Source: Candidatus Saccharimonadota bacterium (GTDB lineage: Bacteria; Patescibacteriota; Saccharimonadia; Saccharimonadales; UBA10212). Taken from it: DNA of 45,114 nucleotides. Made by a program: the position numbers and the translations under genes. The stretch covers positions 1 to 45,114 of the forward strand of contig JACRBB010000027.1 of the NCBI GenBank assembly GCA_016234585.1, given 5' to 3'. The notes under the pieces are model-generated. The model saw only the letters and a program-made list of their open reading frames with translations, ran no database searches and was not told the origin of the DNA. How positions within the stretch are numbered: the first letter of the stretch is position 1; every line of letters starts with the position of its first letter. Positions 27,432 to 36,920 of the stretch are shown here, piece after piece.

Positions 27432-27821
27432 ATGTCGGTCAAAGCTTTATCAAAAAGTGTACGCATGAGCCCGCGTAAAGTCGGTGTTGTTGCCGCTTTG
27501 GTCCGTGGTCGGACAGTGGCTGACGCCCTGACAATCCTTGAAAATACTCCGCGCCGCTCAGCTTTGGCGGTTAAAAACACCGTAAAAAGCGCCAAAGCTA
27601 ACGCCGAGCACAACCACGGATATAAACCCGACACGCTAGTAATAACCGAAATCAGTGTCACACCCGGCCCGCGTTTTAAGCGATACCGTCCGGCAGCCCG
27701 CGGCCGAGCCCTGCCGTTCGAGCGCAAAACCAGCCACATACGCGTGGTCGTGGATGGTGAAAGACGCGTTTCTAAAAAGGCGTCCACTAAAGCTATTGAG
27801 CCCGCGAAGGAGACCAAATAA
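27432..27821 (+). CDS. rplV: 50S ribosomal protein L22
   Basis: VRMSPRKVGVVAALVRGRTVADALTIL. Confidence 0.93.
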   Translation: MSVKALSKSVRMSPRKVGVVAALVRGRTVADALTILENTPRRSALAVKNTVKSAKANAEHNHGYKPDTLVITEISVTPGPRFKRYRPAARGRALPFERKTSHIRVVVDGERRVSKKASTKAIEPAKETK

Positions 27822-28453
27822 TGGGTCAAAAAGTTAACCCCATCAGTTATCGTTTACAGGTCAATAAGGACTGGCGTAGCAAGTGGTTCGCTGGCAAACG
27901 CGAGTACGCGGCTTACCTGCGCCAGGATTTGGCTGCCCGCAAATTAATTGTTGATAAACTGGGCTCACGCGCCTCAATTAGTAAGGTTGATATCGAGCGT
28001 TCGCCTAACCTGGTAACCGTTACTATCCAAACGGCCAAAGCCGGTGTGGTGATTGGCCGCGGTGGTAGTGGTGCTACGGAACTTAAGTCAGACATCGAAA
28101 AAATCTATGGTGTTCCGGTAAGAGTAAACATCGAAGAAATCAAGCGTCCCGAGTTACAAGCTAAACTAGTAGCTGAAAATATCGCCCATCAACTGGAACG
28201 GCGTATAGCTTTTCGTAGAGCCATAAAATCGACGGCCGCGGCAACCATGCGCGCCGGTGCCAAGGGTATCCGCATAGAAGTTGCCGGGCGGTTAGGCGGC
28301 ATGGAAATGAGCCGGCTGGAAAAAGAAATTCAAGGCAGTGTGCCACTGCATACCATCCGAGCAGATATCGACTACGCGGCCGCAAAGGCGCAATACCCAA
28401 GGGCCGGCATCATAGGCGTTAAGGTTTGGATTTACAGAGGTGAGGTAGACTAA
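27821..28453 (+). CDS. rpsC: 30S ribosomal protein S3
   Basis: [12 protein letters not shown]...WRSKWFA, with a KH domain containing GVVIGRGG. Confidence 0.95.
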   Translation: MGQKVNPISYRLQVNKDWRSKWFAGKREYAAYLRQDLAARKLIVDKLGSRASISKVDIERSPNLVTVTIQTAKAGVVIGRGGSGATELKSDIEKIYGVPVRVNIEEIKRPELQAKLVAENIAHQLERRIAFRRAIKSTAAATMRAGAKGIRIEVAGRLGGMEMSRLEKEIQGSVPLHTIRADIDYAAAKAQYPRAGIIGVKVWIYRGEVD

Positions 28454-28454
28454 G

Positions 28455-28871
28455 ATGTTAATGCCTTCAAGGACTAAATACCGGAAGGTCAGGAAAGGCC
28501 GCGTACACGGCGGTACGGCGACATCTTTGAACTATCTTGCCCACGGGCGGTTCGGCCTAGTCAGCCAGCAGAGCGACCGTATCACTTCAAGGCAGATTGA
28601 GGCCGCCCGTCAGGCGATGACCCGTTACATCAAACGCGGTGGCCAAATTTGGATTCGTATCTTCCCACACACCCCAGTTACCCGCAAACCCCAGGACGTT
28701 AAAATGGGAAGCGGCAAAGGGAATCCTGAATTTTTTGTCGCTAAAGTTAAGCCTGGTACCATCATGTTTGAAATGGACGGTGTGTCAGAGGAAGTCGCCC
28801 GTGAAGCCATGCGCTTAGCCAGCCACAAACTTCCGGTTAAGACTAATTTTCTGGTCAAGGAGGAGCAGTAA
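28455..28871 (+). CDS. rplP: 50S ribosomal protein L16
   Basis: [16 protein letters not shown].... Confidence 0.95.
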   Translation: MLMPSRTKYRKVRKGRVHGGTATSLNYLAHGRFGLVSQQSDRITSRQIEAARQAMTRYIKRGGQIWIRIFPHTPVTRKPQDVKMGSGKGNPEFFVAKVKPGTIMFEMDGVSEEVAREAMRLASHKLPVKTNFLVKEEQ

Positions 28872-28874
28872 GCC

Positions 28875-29075
28875 ATGAAAATCGCTGATGTCCGCAAACT
28901 GAGTACTTCCGAACTGGCTACCCAGAGCACCAAGCTTCGTGATGAAATCGCTGAACTGCGCCGCCGGCTTTATGGCGGCGAAACCCAGAACGTCCGCGTG
29001 TTGCGCAGCAAGCGCAAGGATCTGGCGCGAATACTAACTGTCCTGACCGAGCAACTAGCCAAGGAGAAAATTTAA
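28875..29075 (+). CDS. rpmC: 50S ribosomal protein L29
   Basis: 66 aa in the position after rplP. Contains LRDEIAELRRRL and KRKDLARILTVL. Confidence 0.9.
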   Translation: MKIADVRKLSTSELATQSTKLRDEIAELRRRLYGGETQNVRVLRSKRKDLARILTVLTEQLAKEKI

Positions 29076-29390
29076 ATGGGCCGTATTTTAACAGGCGTAG
29101 TAACCAGCGATAAAGGCGATAAGACAATCGTCATAACTGTTGCCACCCGAAAAACACATCCTTTGTATAAGAAACAATATACTGTCAGCACCAAGTTCAT
29201 GGCCCACGACCCTAAGAATGAGGCTCAGGTTGGCGATAAGGTGAGCATACGCGAAACCAGGCCAATAAGCGCCCGTAAACGGTTCCAGTTGGAAACGATT
29301 TTAGAGCGCGGCGGCATTCACTTTAAAGAGACAGATGCCACTGCTGACATCCCTGAGGAGCAGGAGCAGGAGAAGGTAGAGGAAAGCTAA
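29076..29390 (+). CDS. rpsQ: 30S ribosomal protein S17 (with acidic C-terminal extension)
   Basis: [21 protein letters not shown]...HPLYKK. Extra tail [20 protein letters not shown]. Confidence 0.92.
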   Translation: MGRILTGVVTSDKGDKTIVITVATRKTHPLYKKQYTVSTKFMAHDPKNEAQVGDKVSIRETRPISARKRFQLETILERGGIHFKETDATADIPEEQEQEKVEES

Positions 29391-29392
29391 AA

Positions 29393-29764
29393 ATGATACA
29401 ACAAGAATCCAGATTGATGGCCTGTGACAACAGTGGCGCCCGCCAGCTGCTTTGCATTCGTGTGCTGGGCGGCACCCGGCGTCGCTATGCCCGAGTTGGT
29501 GATATAATCGTGGCCACTGTAAAAACCGCTAATCCGGCCGGAGCCGTAAAACGCAAAAGTGTGGTTAAGGCTGTGGTAGTGCGTACTCGCAGCCCGATTC
29601 GACGCGCTGACGGTTCAGTTGTCCGTTTTGATGACAACGCGGCGGTACTGCTTGGCGAAGATAATAAAAACCCTCGAGGGACACGTATTTTCGGGCCGGT
29701 TCCGCGTGAACTGCGCGAGCGTGGTTACGGTAAAATCATATCCCTAGCACCGGAGGTATTATAG
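29393..29764 (+). CDS. rplN: 50S ribosomal protein L14
   Basis: [17 protein letters not shown]. Confidence 0.95.
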   Translation: MIQQESRLMACDNSGARQLLCIRVLGGTRRRYARVGDIIVATVKTANPAGAVKRKSVVKAVVVRTRSPIRRADGSVVRFDDNAAVLLGEDNKNPRGTRIFGPVPRELRERGYGKIISLAPEVL

Positions 29765-29766
29765 AT

Positions 29767-30096
29767 ATGAGCGAAGTATATAAAATTAGAATTAAAAAAG
29801 GCGATACGGTAATGATCCGTTCAGGCAAATATAAAGGTAAGACTGGAAAAGTTCTGGCCACCCATCCGGCTTTGAATAAAGTTACCGTAGAGGGTATAAA
29901 TGTCGTTAAGCGCCACCGAAAACCAACGACTATCAATCCCCAGGGAGGCATTATCGAACTTACTAAGCCAATTTGGGTAAGTAAGGTCGGTGTGGTTGAC
30001 CCTGTCGCCAAAAAACCATCGCGCGTCGGTTATAAATTATCCGATAAGGGTGGTAAGACGCGAGTCTTAAAGTCCAACGGCAAGGAGTTGAAATAA
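29767..30096 (+). CDS. rplX: 50S ribosomal protein L24
   Basis: KOW motif IKKGDTVMIRSGKYKGKTGKV. Confidence 0.93.
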   Translation: MSEVYKIRIKKGDTVMIRSGKYKGKTGKVLATHPALNKVTVEGINVVKRHRKPTTINPQGGIIELTKPIWVSKVGVVDPVAKKPSRVGYKLSDKGGKTRVLKSNGKELK

Positions 30097-30695
30097 TGGC
30101 TGCTACCACAACTAAGCCAACCTATCACGCCCGGTTAAAGGAGCAGTACCTGGGCACGTACGCCGATGAGCTTAAGAAAGAACTCAAACTTAGCAACATC
30201 CATCAGGCGCCTAGGCTCGAAAAGATCGTTATCAACGTTGGGCTAGGCCGCGGAAAAGACGATAAAAAACTGATGGAAGTGGCTTCCAACACCCTCAGGA
30301 AAATTACCGCTCAACAGCCGGTTGATACTTTTGCTAAAAAGTCGATCGCCAGCTTCAAGTTGCGTGAAGGCAGCAAAATTGGTATGAAAGTAACTTTGCG
30401 CGACGAGCGCATGTACGAGTTTGCCGACAGGCTGATAAATATCGTATTGCCGCGGGTTAGGGATTTTCACGGAGTCAAAGCTAATGCTTTCGATAAACAA
30501 GGTAATTACAGCATCGGTTTTGCCGATCAGTCGGTTTTTCCTGAACTCAGCTTCGAAGAGACCACCACGGCCCACGGACTACAGGTAGTGTTTGTGGTTA
30601 GGGACCAAAAACCGGAACATGCCCGAGTATTATTGGAGAAGTTCGGTCTACCGTTTGAAAAATCCGAATCCGAATCTAACAAGGAGACTAAATAA
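30096..30695 (+). CDS. rplE: 50S ribosomal protein L5
   Basis: Position and the blocks [18 protein letters not shown] and RDFHG. Confidence 0.93.
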   Translation: MAATTTKPTYHARLKEQYLGTYADELKKELKLSNIHQAPRLEKIVINVGLGRGKDDKKLMEVASNTLRKITAQQPVDTFAKKSIASFKLREGSKIGMKVTLRDERMYEFADRLINIVLPRVRDFHGVKANAFDKQGNYSIGFADQSVFPELSFEETTTAHGLQVVFVVRDQKPEHARVLLEKFGLPFEKSESESNKETK

Positions 30696-30964
30696 TGGCT
30701 AAGAAATCCATGTTGGCCCGCAATGCCAAACGTCAAAAAATGATTGTTAAGTATGCTGATAAACGAGCCGAGCTAAAGAGACTAGGCGATTATGAGGGCT
30801 TGGCTAAGCTGCCTCGCAACTCCAGTCCTAGCCGTTGGAAGAACCGTTGCATAGAAACCGGCCGTGGTAGAGCCTATATGCGTCAATTCGGCCTATCGCG
30901 CATCGCCTTCCGAGAACATGCTTCCAAAGGTGAGATTCCCGGTATAACTAAGAGTAGCTGGTAA
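30695..30964 (+). CDS. rpsN: 30S ribosomal protein S14 (long, zinc-free form)
   Basis: [15 protein letters not shown]...GLSRIAFRE...[11 protein letters not shown]. 89 aa with a single Cys and no CxxC pairs. Confidence 0.93.
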   Translation: MAKKSMLARNAKRQKMIVKYADKRAELKRLGDYEGLAKLPRNSSPSRWKNRCIETGRGRAYMRQFGLSRIAFREHASKGEIPGITKSSW

Positions 30965-30981
30965 GGAAACAGGAAATAATT

Positions 30982-31377
30982 ATGGTATCAACAGACCCCA
31001 TCGCCGATATGCTAACTCGTATCCGTAACGCTGTTATGGTAAATAAAGCCGAGGTCAGCCTGCCGCATTCCATCGTCAAGGAAACAGTGGCGCGGATTTT
31101 GGTTGAAGAAGGCTTTTTGTCAGACGTCACGGTTGAGGAACTGGCTAGCCGCAAGCTGCTTAACATCAAGATAAATGATGATGGTTCTTCGGCGCCAATT
31201 ACTGAAATTGCCCGTATCAGCAGACCGGGCCGCCGGGTTTACGCCAAATCCGGAGAAATCCCAACTGTAAAACGTGGCCGTGGAATTGTAATAATATCGA
31301 CCTCTCAAGGTGTTATGGCCGGCTCAACAGCCCGTGACAAGCGTCTGGGCGGCGAATTAATCTGTAAAGTTTATTAG
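30982..31377 (+). CDS. rpsH: 30S ribosomal protein S8
   Basis: DPIADMLTRIRNA. Confidence 0.95.
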   Translation: MVSTDPIADMLTRIRNAVMVNKAEVSLPHSIVKETVARILVEEGFLSDVTVEELASRKLLNIKINDDGSSAPITEIARISRPGRRVYAKSGEIPTVKRGRGIVIISTSQGVMAGSTARDKRLGGELICKVY

Positions 31378-31401
31378 AAAGTATTATCCAGGAGAAGAAT
31401 C

Positions 31402-31938
31402 ATGAGTCGTGTAGGAAAACAGCCAATCAGCTTGCCGAGTGGCGTGACAATCACTGTCGATGATGAATTTGTGTCCGTTAACGGTCCCAAAGGAGAATTG
31501 CGCCAGTTTACTATGCCCTCTGTCAATGTGAAGCTCGAGGACGGTGAGATAGTGGTTACTAGAGATAACGACGAAGCGCCAACCCGCGCCAAGCACGGTC
31601 TGATGCGAGCATTGGTCAACAATATGGTTACCGGCGTGAGCCAAGGTTACGAGCGAAAATTAGAAATTAACGGCGTTGGTTACCGAGTTCAGCTTCAGGG
31701 CACAGATCTTAAACTTAATCTTGGCTTCTCACACGACGTGATATACAAGGTCCCCCAGGGCGTGAACGTGGCAGTGGAGCAAAATGTAATTACGGTAAGC
31801 GGAATATCCAAACAGCAGGTCGGGCAAACTGCCGCTGAAATCCGAGCGCTTAAAAAGCCTGAGCCGTACAAGGGCAAGGGCATAAAATACTCGGACGAGA
31901 GAATTTTGCGTAAGACCGGTAAGAGCGGCAAGGAATAA
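31402..31938 (+). CDS. rplF: 50S ribosomal protein L6
   Basis: MSRVGKQPISLPSGVTITV...EPYKGKGIKY. Confidence 0.95.
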   Translation: MSRVGKQPISLPSGVTITVDDEFVSVNGPKGELRQFTMPSVNVKLEDGEIVVTRDNDEAPTRAKHGLMRALVNNMVTGVSQGYERKLEINGVGYRVQLQGTDLKLNLGFSHDVIYKVPQGVNVAVEQNVITVSGISKQQVGQTAAEIRALKKPEPYKGKGIKYSDERILRKTGKSGKE

Positions 31939-31947
31939 GGTTAAACT

Positions 31948-32301
31948 ATGGATTATCTATCACACAAACGAGCTAACGCCGAACGTCGTGCTCATCGGGT
32001 GCGGACCGGGTTAAACGGGACTAGCGACAGACCCCGACTCTCAGTGCATATCAGCAACCTACACGTCAGCGCCCAGATAATAGATGATAGTTTAGGCAAG
32101 ACATTGGCCTATGCTACGACCGTCGGTCAGAAAGTCGAAGGCAACATGACTAGCAAGGCCACGTGGGTCGGCAAAGAAATCGCCTTAAGAGCCAAGAAGG
32201 CCAAGGTAAAAAAGGTCGTATTTGATAAGGGTGAATACAAATATCATGGGCGTGTTAAGTCTTTGGCTAGCGCCGCCAGAGAGAATGGTTTGGAGTTTTA
32301 A
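31948..32301 (+). CDS. rplR: 50S ribosomal protein L18
   Basis: RPRLSVHISNLHVSAQIIDD...YHGRVKSLA. Confidence 0.93.
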   Translation: MDYLSHKRANAERRAHRVRTGLNGTSDRPRLSVHISNLHVSAQIIDDSLGKTLAYATTVGQKVEGNMTSKATWVGKEIALRAKKAKVKKVVFDKGEYKYHGRVKSLASAARENGLEF

Positions 32302-32303
32302 TC

Positions 32304-32849
32304 ATGGCAATGAACGAACCGCGTAACAATCAACGCAGAAATAATCCCCGTGTCGTCGAAGAAAAACAGTATGATGAGCGTGTCCTGCACATAAACAGAG
32401 TTGCTCGCGTAGTTAAAGGCGGCCGACGCTTCCGTTTCCAAGCCCTAGTCGTTGTCGGCGATCATAAAGGCAAAGTTGGTGTAGGTGTCAGTAAAGGCGC
32501 TGACGTAAGCGCCGCCGTTACCAAAGCCACCGAGGTTGCTAAAAAGCGTTTTGTAGAGCTGCCTTTGTATCATGGTACGCTGACTCACGACGTCGAAGGT
32601 AAAGTTGGTGGCGCTAAAATATTAATCATGCCAGCTGTGCCGGGAACCGGTCTGATAGCCGGCGGTGTAGTCCGGGTCGTTTTGGAAGTAGCCGGTATTG
32701 AAAATGCTTTGTCGAAATCCCTGGGTTCGTCTAATCGTATAAACACTGCCTACGCGACACTCGCGGCTTTAACCAGCATGACCCCAGCAACCACTTGGGT
32801 AACCAGAACAAACGACACCAAGCAGCTTAAACAAAAGGTTAAGGCCTAA
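32304..32849 (+). CDS. rpsE: 30S ribosomal protein S5
   Basis: INRVARVVKGGRRFRFQALVVVGD. Confidence 0.95.
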   Translation: MAMNEPRNNQRRNNPRVVEEKQYDERVLHINRVARVVKGGRRFRFQALVVVGDHKGKVGVGVSKGADVSAAVTKATEVAKKRFVELPLYHGTLTHDVEGKVGGAKILIMPAVPGTGLIAGGVVRVVLEVAGIENALSKSLGSSNRINTAYATLAALTSMTPATTWVTRTNDTKQLKQKVKA

Positions 32850-33322
32850 TGAAGTACAACGAACTACAAACATCTCCTTCTAAGTCACCGCTGCGAGTTG
32901 GCCGCGGCATTGCTGCCGGACGAGGTAAAACCGCCGGACGCGGCACAAAAGGTCAGGGCGCGCGAAAGAGCGGTGGCGTACGACCTGGTTTTGAAGGCGG
33001 CCAGATGCCTTTGTATATGAGGCTGCCAAAACTAAGAGGCTTCAAGAGTCATAAAGTAGTCGCCGAGACCGTCTACACAAGCCAGTTAGACGCCATCAAA
33101 AAAGGTGTTGTAGACAATCAGGCAGTCTTTGAGGCTGGACTAGTCAGCAGCCAGCATATTAACGTTAAAGTCTTGCTTGGCGGAGAATTCACATCTAAAA
33201 AGGATGTCAAACTTCAGTCCGCAAGTTCTGGAGCGGTTAAAGCGATAACCAAAGCTGGCGGGAGTTTTACGGTTATTGACCGGCTGGCTCGAAGCCCAAA
33301 GAAAAAGCCCACAGAATCTTAG
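32849..33322 (+). CDS. rplO: 50S ribosomal protein L15
   Basis: GRGIAAGRGKTAGRGTKGQ. Its ATG overlaps the rpsE TAA (taatg), so there is no room for rpmD (L30). Confidence 0.93.
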   Translation: MKYNELQTSPSKSPLRVGRGIAAGRGKTAGRGTKGQGARKSGGVRPGFEGGQMPLYMRLPKLRGFKSHKVVAETVYTSQLDAIKKGVVDNQAVFEAGLVSSQHINVKVLLGGEFTSKKDVKLQSASSGAVKAITKAGGSFTVIDRLARSPKKKPTES

Positions 33323-33414
33323 AATAATTGAGGCAGTAGCGGATGACTATATTCGTCGTGTATACTGGGCGAAGATATTTATCATTTTTAAGTGAGGGAT
33401 AAAAGTCCAGCAAA

Positions 33415-34950
33415 ATGAACTGGAAGATAATTCTTAAGTCGCTTGGCCATAAAGAAATGCGAACCCGTATTCTGGCGGTTTTGGGGATGCTTTTGGTATT
33501 TCGGATCATGGCCCATATACCAGTACCGCTTAGCGACCCGCACACTCTAAAGCAGGTCTTAGAAAATCTTTACAACCAAACCAGCGGCAATAATCTATTG
33601 GGCTTTTTGAACGTGCTATCCGGTGGTGCATTAGCCAATTTCTCAATCATGCTGGTCGGTTTGGGCGCATATATTAATGCCTCTATCATAATGCAGCTCC
33701 TTACAAAGGCCATTCCCAAGCTGGAGGCCATGAACAAAGAGGGTGAATTTGGCCGTAAGAAAATCAACCAATATACCCGTATATTGACCTTCCCGTTAGC
33801 CATAATCCAGTCAATCGGCACTATCTACCTTATCCGTCAACAGGCTCAAAGTATTGGTGGCCTGGGTGATATTACCGCCAATACTTCCGGTATGCAGTGG
33901 ATTTTAATGATTGCCGCGTTGACCGGTGGGGCTATGGTTTTGATGTGGCTTGGCGAGTTAATTACCGAGCGCTCCATTGGCAATGGCATATCATTACTTA
34001 TAACAGTAGGTATCGTTAGTAGCCTGCCCTCGGTTATCATGCAGCTATGGGGCAGCGCTGGATGGACGGCAGCCACTGGAGCGGCGGCTGATAAGTTAGT
34101 TCTGTTTGGCAAAGAATTCAGCCGTCACGGGTTGATGCTACTAGGCGGAATTTCCGTAGCTACTTTATTTGTAACTTGGGCGGTAGTTAAACTTAATGAA
34201 GCTTCACGCAAGTTAACGGTTAACTATGCTAAGCGTGTGCAAGGCAACCGTACCTATGGTGGTGTAACTACCACTCTTCCAGTCAAACTGATCACGGCTG
34301 GCGTTATCCCGATTATTTTCGCCGTAGCCTTTCTTAGCGTGCCTAGTTTCGCCGGCCAGCTTTTAACTCATGGTCAAGGAGTTAACGCTGTAGCTACAAC
34401 ACACTGGGAAAAAGTCGGCGTCCAGTTGTCACATCTCTTTCAAAATCCCAGCGCGGATACTTTCCGTGCCGGCGGCTGGCAGCCATGGGTTTACCCGTTA
34501 ACCTACTTTATGTTAGTATTTGTCTTTACGTACTTTTACACTAGCGTAACATTCAACTCCAAGGAAATTGCCGAGAATCTACAGAAACAGGGAGGATTCA
34601 TAGCCGATGTCCGTTCCGGTAAACAGACTGAGAAGTACCTCAGTCGAACAGTTAATCGCCTCACACTCTTTGGGGCTATAGCTCTAGGCATCTTGGCGGT
34701 GATGCCAATCATCGCTCAAGTTTACGTTAACCAAAGCATCGCTCTTGGTGGTACTAGTATCCTGATTTTGGTATCGGTTTCACTGGAGACTCTACGCCAG
34801 GTAGAGTCAAGAGCGCTTATGATCACTTACGACCAGTACGAGCAACCGGATTACTTCTATGATGAGGACGAAAACGGTGATAAAAAATCTAAAAAATCAC
34901 GTTTTAGACCACGCCTCCCACTGCGGCGTTCCAATGCCACGACAGTCTAG
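33415..34950 (+). CDS. secY: Preprotein translocase subunit SecY (extended, 511 aa)
   Basis: Canonical N-terminus (RILAVLGMLLVFRIMAHIPVP) and 10-TM layout, plus extra loops and a charged C-tail. Confidence 0.93.
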   Translation: MNWKIILKSLGHKEMRTRILAVLGMLLVFRIMAHIPVPLSDPHTLKQVLENLYNQTSGNNLLGFLNVLSGGALANFSIMLVGLGAYINASIIMQLLTKAIPKLEAMNKEGEFGRKKINQYTRILTFPLAIIQSIGTIYLIRQQAQSIGGLGDITANTSGMQWILMIAALTGGAMVLMWLGELITERSIGNGISLLITVGIVSSLPSVIMQLWGSAGWTAATGAAADKLVLFGKEFSRHGLMLLGGISVATLFVTWAVVKLNEASRKLTVNYAKRVQGNRTYGGVTTTLPVKLITAGVIPIIFAVAFLSVPSFAGQLLTHGQGVNAVATTHWEKVGVQLSHLFQNPSADTFRAGGWQPWVYPLTYFMLVFVFTYFYTSVTFNSKEIAENLQKQGGFIADVRSGKQTEKYLSRTVNRLTLFGAIALGILAVMPIIAQVYVNQSIALGGTSILILVSVSLETLRQVESRALMITYDQYEQPDYFYDEDENGDKKSKKSRFRPRLPLRRSNATTV

Positions 34951-34971
34951 ATTAGAATTTCAAAAAAACCC

Positions 34972-35001
34972 TTTACATCACCTTAGATAAACTGATATAC
35001 T
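34972..35001 (+). promoter_or_regulatory. Candidate infA promoter TTTACA-18 nt-TATACT
   Basis: Hexamers read directly in the 67-nt secY-infA gap. Confidence 0.4.
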
Positions 35002-35017
35002 GCTCAGGTTATATTTT

Positions 35018-35239
35018 ATGGCGAAAGACAAGGAAGTCATCGAACTGAACGGAGTGGTAGTAGAAGCCTTACCAGGTACTAAGTTTCGAGTCGAACTTGA
35101 AAACGGCCATATAATCATAGCTCATGTCGCCGGAAAAATGCGGAAGCATTACATCCGTTTGGTCCCCGGTGACAGCGTGACGGTTGAATTGACACCTTAC
35201 GATCTTACGAAGGGTCGGATAACCTACCGCAAGAATTAA
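35018..35239 (+). CDS. infA: Translation initiation factor IF-1
   Basis: 73 aa with an S1-like fold signature: [20 protein letters not shown]...[14 protein letters not shown]. Confidence 0.95.
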   Translation: MAKDKEVIELNGVVVEALPGTKFRVELENGHIIIAHVAGKMRKHYIRLVPGDSVTVELTPYDLTKGRITYRKN

Positions 35240-35294
35240 ATTATCATTAAAGAGCAGTGTGTCATCACTAATCTAAATTAAGGAGATGATCCGC

Positions 35295-35411
35295 ATGAAA
35301 GTGCGTGCCAGCGTAAAAAAAATAAGTCCAGATGATATCATCGTCCGCCGTAAGGGGCGCGTTTATGTTATCAATAAGTTCAAGCCAAAGCACAAGCAGA
35401 GGCAGGGTTAA
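35295..35411 (+). CDS. rpmJ: 50S ribosomal protein L36 (zinc-free variant)
   Basis: Not in the ORF track because it is shorter than 60 aa. Hand translation gives [38 protein letters not shown], with SD aggag 9 nt upstream. The Cys ligands at positions 11, 14 and 27 are replaced by Ser, Asp and Asn. Confidence 0.88.
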   Translation: MKVRASVKKISPDDIIVRRKGRVYVINKFKPKHKQRQG

Positions 35412-35414
35412 TTA

Positions 35415-35801
35415 ATGGCAAGAATTTCCGGCGTAACTATACCAAGTGAAAAGCAAGTGCATGTGGCGCTGACTTATATCTATGGTATCGGACCTAAATT
35501 CAGCGGTAAAATCTTAGAAATCGCTAAGGTCGAACCGGCGGTCAGAGTCAAGAACTTGACCGACGCTGAAATCGGACGGATCCAGGATGCTATAAATAGC
35601 GGCTATAGCGTTGAGGGCGAACTGCAGCGAGTTGTAACCGGCAACATTAAACGGCTTAAGGATATCAACTCCTACCGTGGTTTACGCCACAAGGCCAATT
35701 TACCCAGCCGCGGTCAACGTACCAAAACCAATGCCCGGACAAGACGAGGTAAGAAAGTAACCGTCGGCGGAACAGCTAAAAAGGCCGCTTCTAAGACCTA
35801 G
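35415..35801 (+). CDS. rpsM: 30S ribosomal protein S13
   Basis: MARISGVTIPSEKQV...YRGLRH. Confidence 0.95.
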   Translation: MARISGVTIPSEKQVHVALTYIYGIGPKFSGKILEIAKVEPAVRVKNLTDAEIGRIQDAINSGYSVEGELQRVVTGNIKRLKDINSYRGLRHKANLPSRGQRTKTNARTRRGKKVTVGGTAKKAASKT

Positions 35802-35810
35802 GAAAAATAT

Positions 35811-36266
35811 ATGGCAGAAGAAACTAAAGTATTAGATAAAGTATTAGACCAAGAGACAGCGCCAGAAACCGAAGCTCCTGTTAAGGTCGCTCCTAAGAAA
35901 AAGAAGTCCCGCCGAGCTGTAAGCCAAGGGATGGTGCATGTTTTGGCGACTTTCAATAACACAATCATTACGGTTACCGATACTCGTGGTAACGTCTTGA
36001 CAACCGGTAGCGCTGGCAGTTGCGGTTTTCGAGGATCAAAGAAGGGCACAGCCTATGCTGCCCAAGTCGCCGCCGAAAAGGCAATCGGAGCCGCCAAACA
36101 GAATTACGGGCTTGAAAAGGTGGATGTTAGCGTCAGAGGCATAGGTATGGGTCGCGAGGCGGCAATCAGAACTCTTATCAATCAGAAGGTCCAGGTTGAC
36201 AGCATCAAAGATATTACCGGAATCGCCCACGGTGGTACCCGACCCAGGAAGGCAAAACGTAACTAG
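35811..36266 (+). CDS. rpsK: 30S ribosomal protein S11 (with ~20-aa acidic N-terminal extension)
   Basis: GMVHVLATFNNTIITVTD...GSCGFRGSKK. Confidence 0.93.
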   Translation: MAEETKVLDKVLDQETAPETEAPVKVAPKKKKSRRAVSQGMVHVLATFNNTIITVTDTRGNVLTTGSAGSCGFRGSKKGTAYAAQVAAEKAIGAAKQNYGLEKVDVSVRGIGMGREAAIRTLINQKVQVDSIKDITGIAHGGTRPRKAKRN

Positions 36267-36275
36267 GTAAACATT

Positions 36276-36902
36276 ATGGCAAGAGATACCCAATCAATAG
36301 TTAAGATGTCCCGCCGTGAAGGCTATGCACTCCACCCCAAAGCCCACAAGGCTTTGGTTAAGCGTTCGACAATGCCTGGCGAACAAGCAACTTCCGGGGG
36401 ACGCGGACGTCGCAATAAACCCAGCCAATATTCCATACAGTTACGTGAAAAACAGAAGGTCAAGCGTCTTTACGGTCTGCTGGAGCGTCAGTTCGCAAAA
36501 TTAATGAGTGAGGCTTCCAGAAGTAAAGGCAAGTCTGGCGCTAAACTTTTAGAGTTTCTGGAGCTTAGGTTAGATAACGTTATTTACCGTTCCGGCCTAG
36601 CAGTTTCTAGACGAGCGGCTCGCCAACTGGTGACACATGGACACTTTATGCTTAACGGCCGCCGGGTTGATATCCCCTCAATCAGAGTAGTGACCGGTGA
36701 CGCTATTATAGTTAGAGAGCGCAGCAAATCAACCGATTACTTCAAGCGACTTGAAGATGTAAGCCCAGCCCCCGCCGCTATCCCGGATTGGCTGAATGTT
36801 AACCGAAAAAAATGCGAAGTTAAAATTACCGGTGTTCCCAGCCGAGATGACGCAGAGCCTGATATCAAAGAACAATTAATCGTAGAATACTATTCACGCT
36901 AA
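36276..36902 (+). CDS. rpsD: 30S ribosomal protein S4
   Basis: MARD...MSRREG..., with an S4 domain RLDNVIYRSGLAVSRRAARQLVTHGHF. Confidence 0.95.
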   Translation: MARDTQSIVKMSRREGYALHPKAHKALVKRSTMPGEQATSGGRGRRNKPSQYSIQLREKQKVKRLYGLLERQFAKLMSEASRSKGKSGAKLLEFLELRLDNVIYRSGLAVSRRAARQLVTHGHFMLNGRRVDIPSIRVVTGDAIIVRERSKSTDYFKRLEDVSPAPAAIPDWLNVNRKKCEVKITGVPSRDDAEPDIKEQLIVEYYSR

Positions 36903-36920
36903 GGAGGCGAGAAAAAATCG

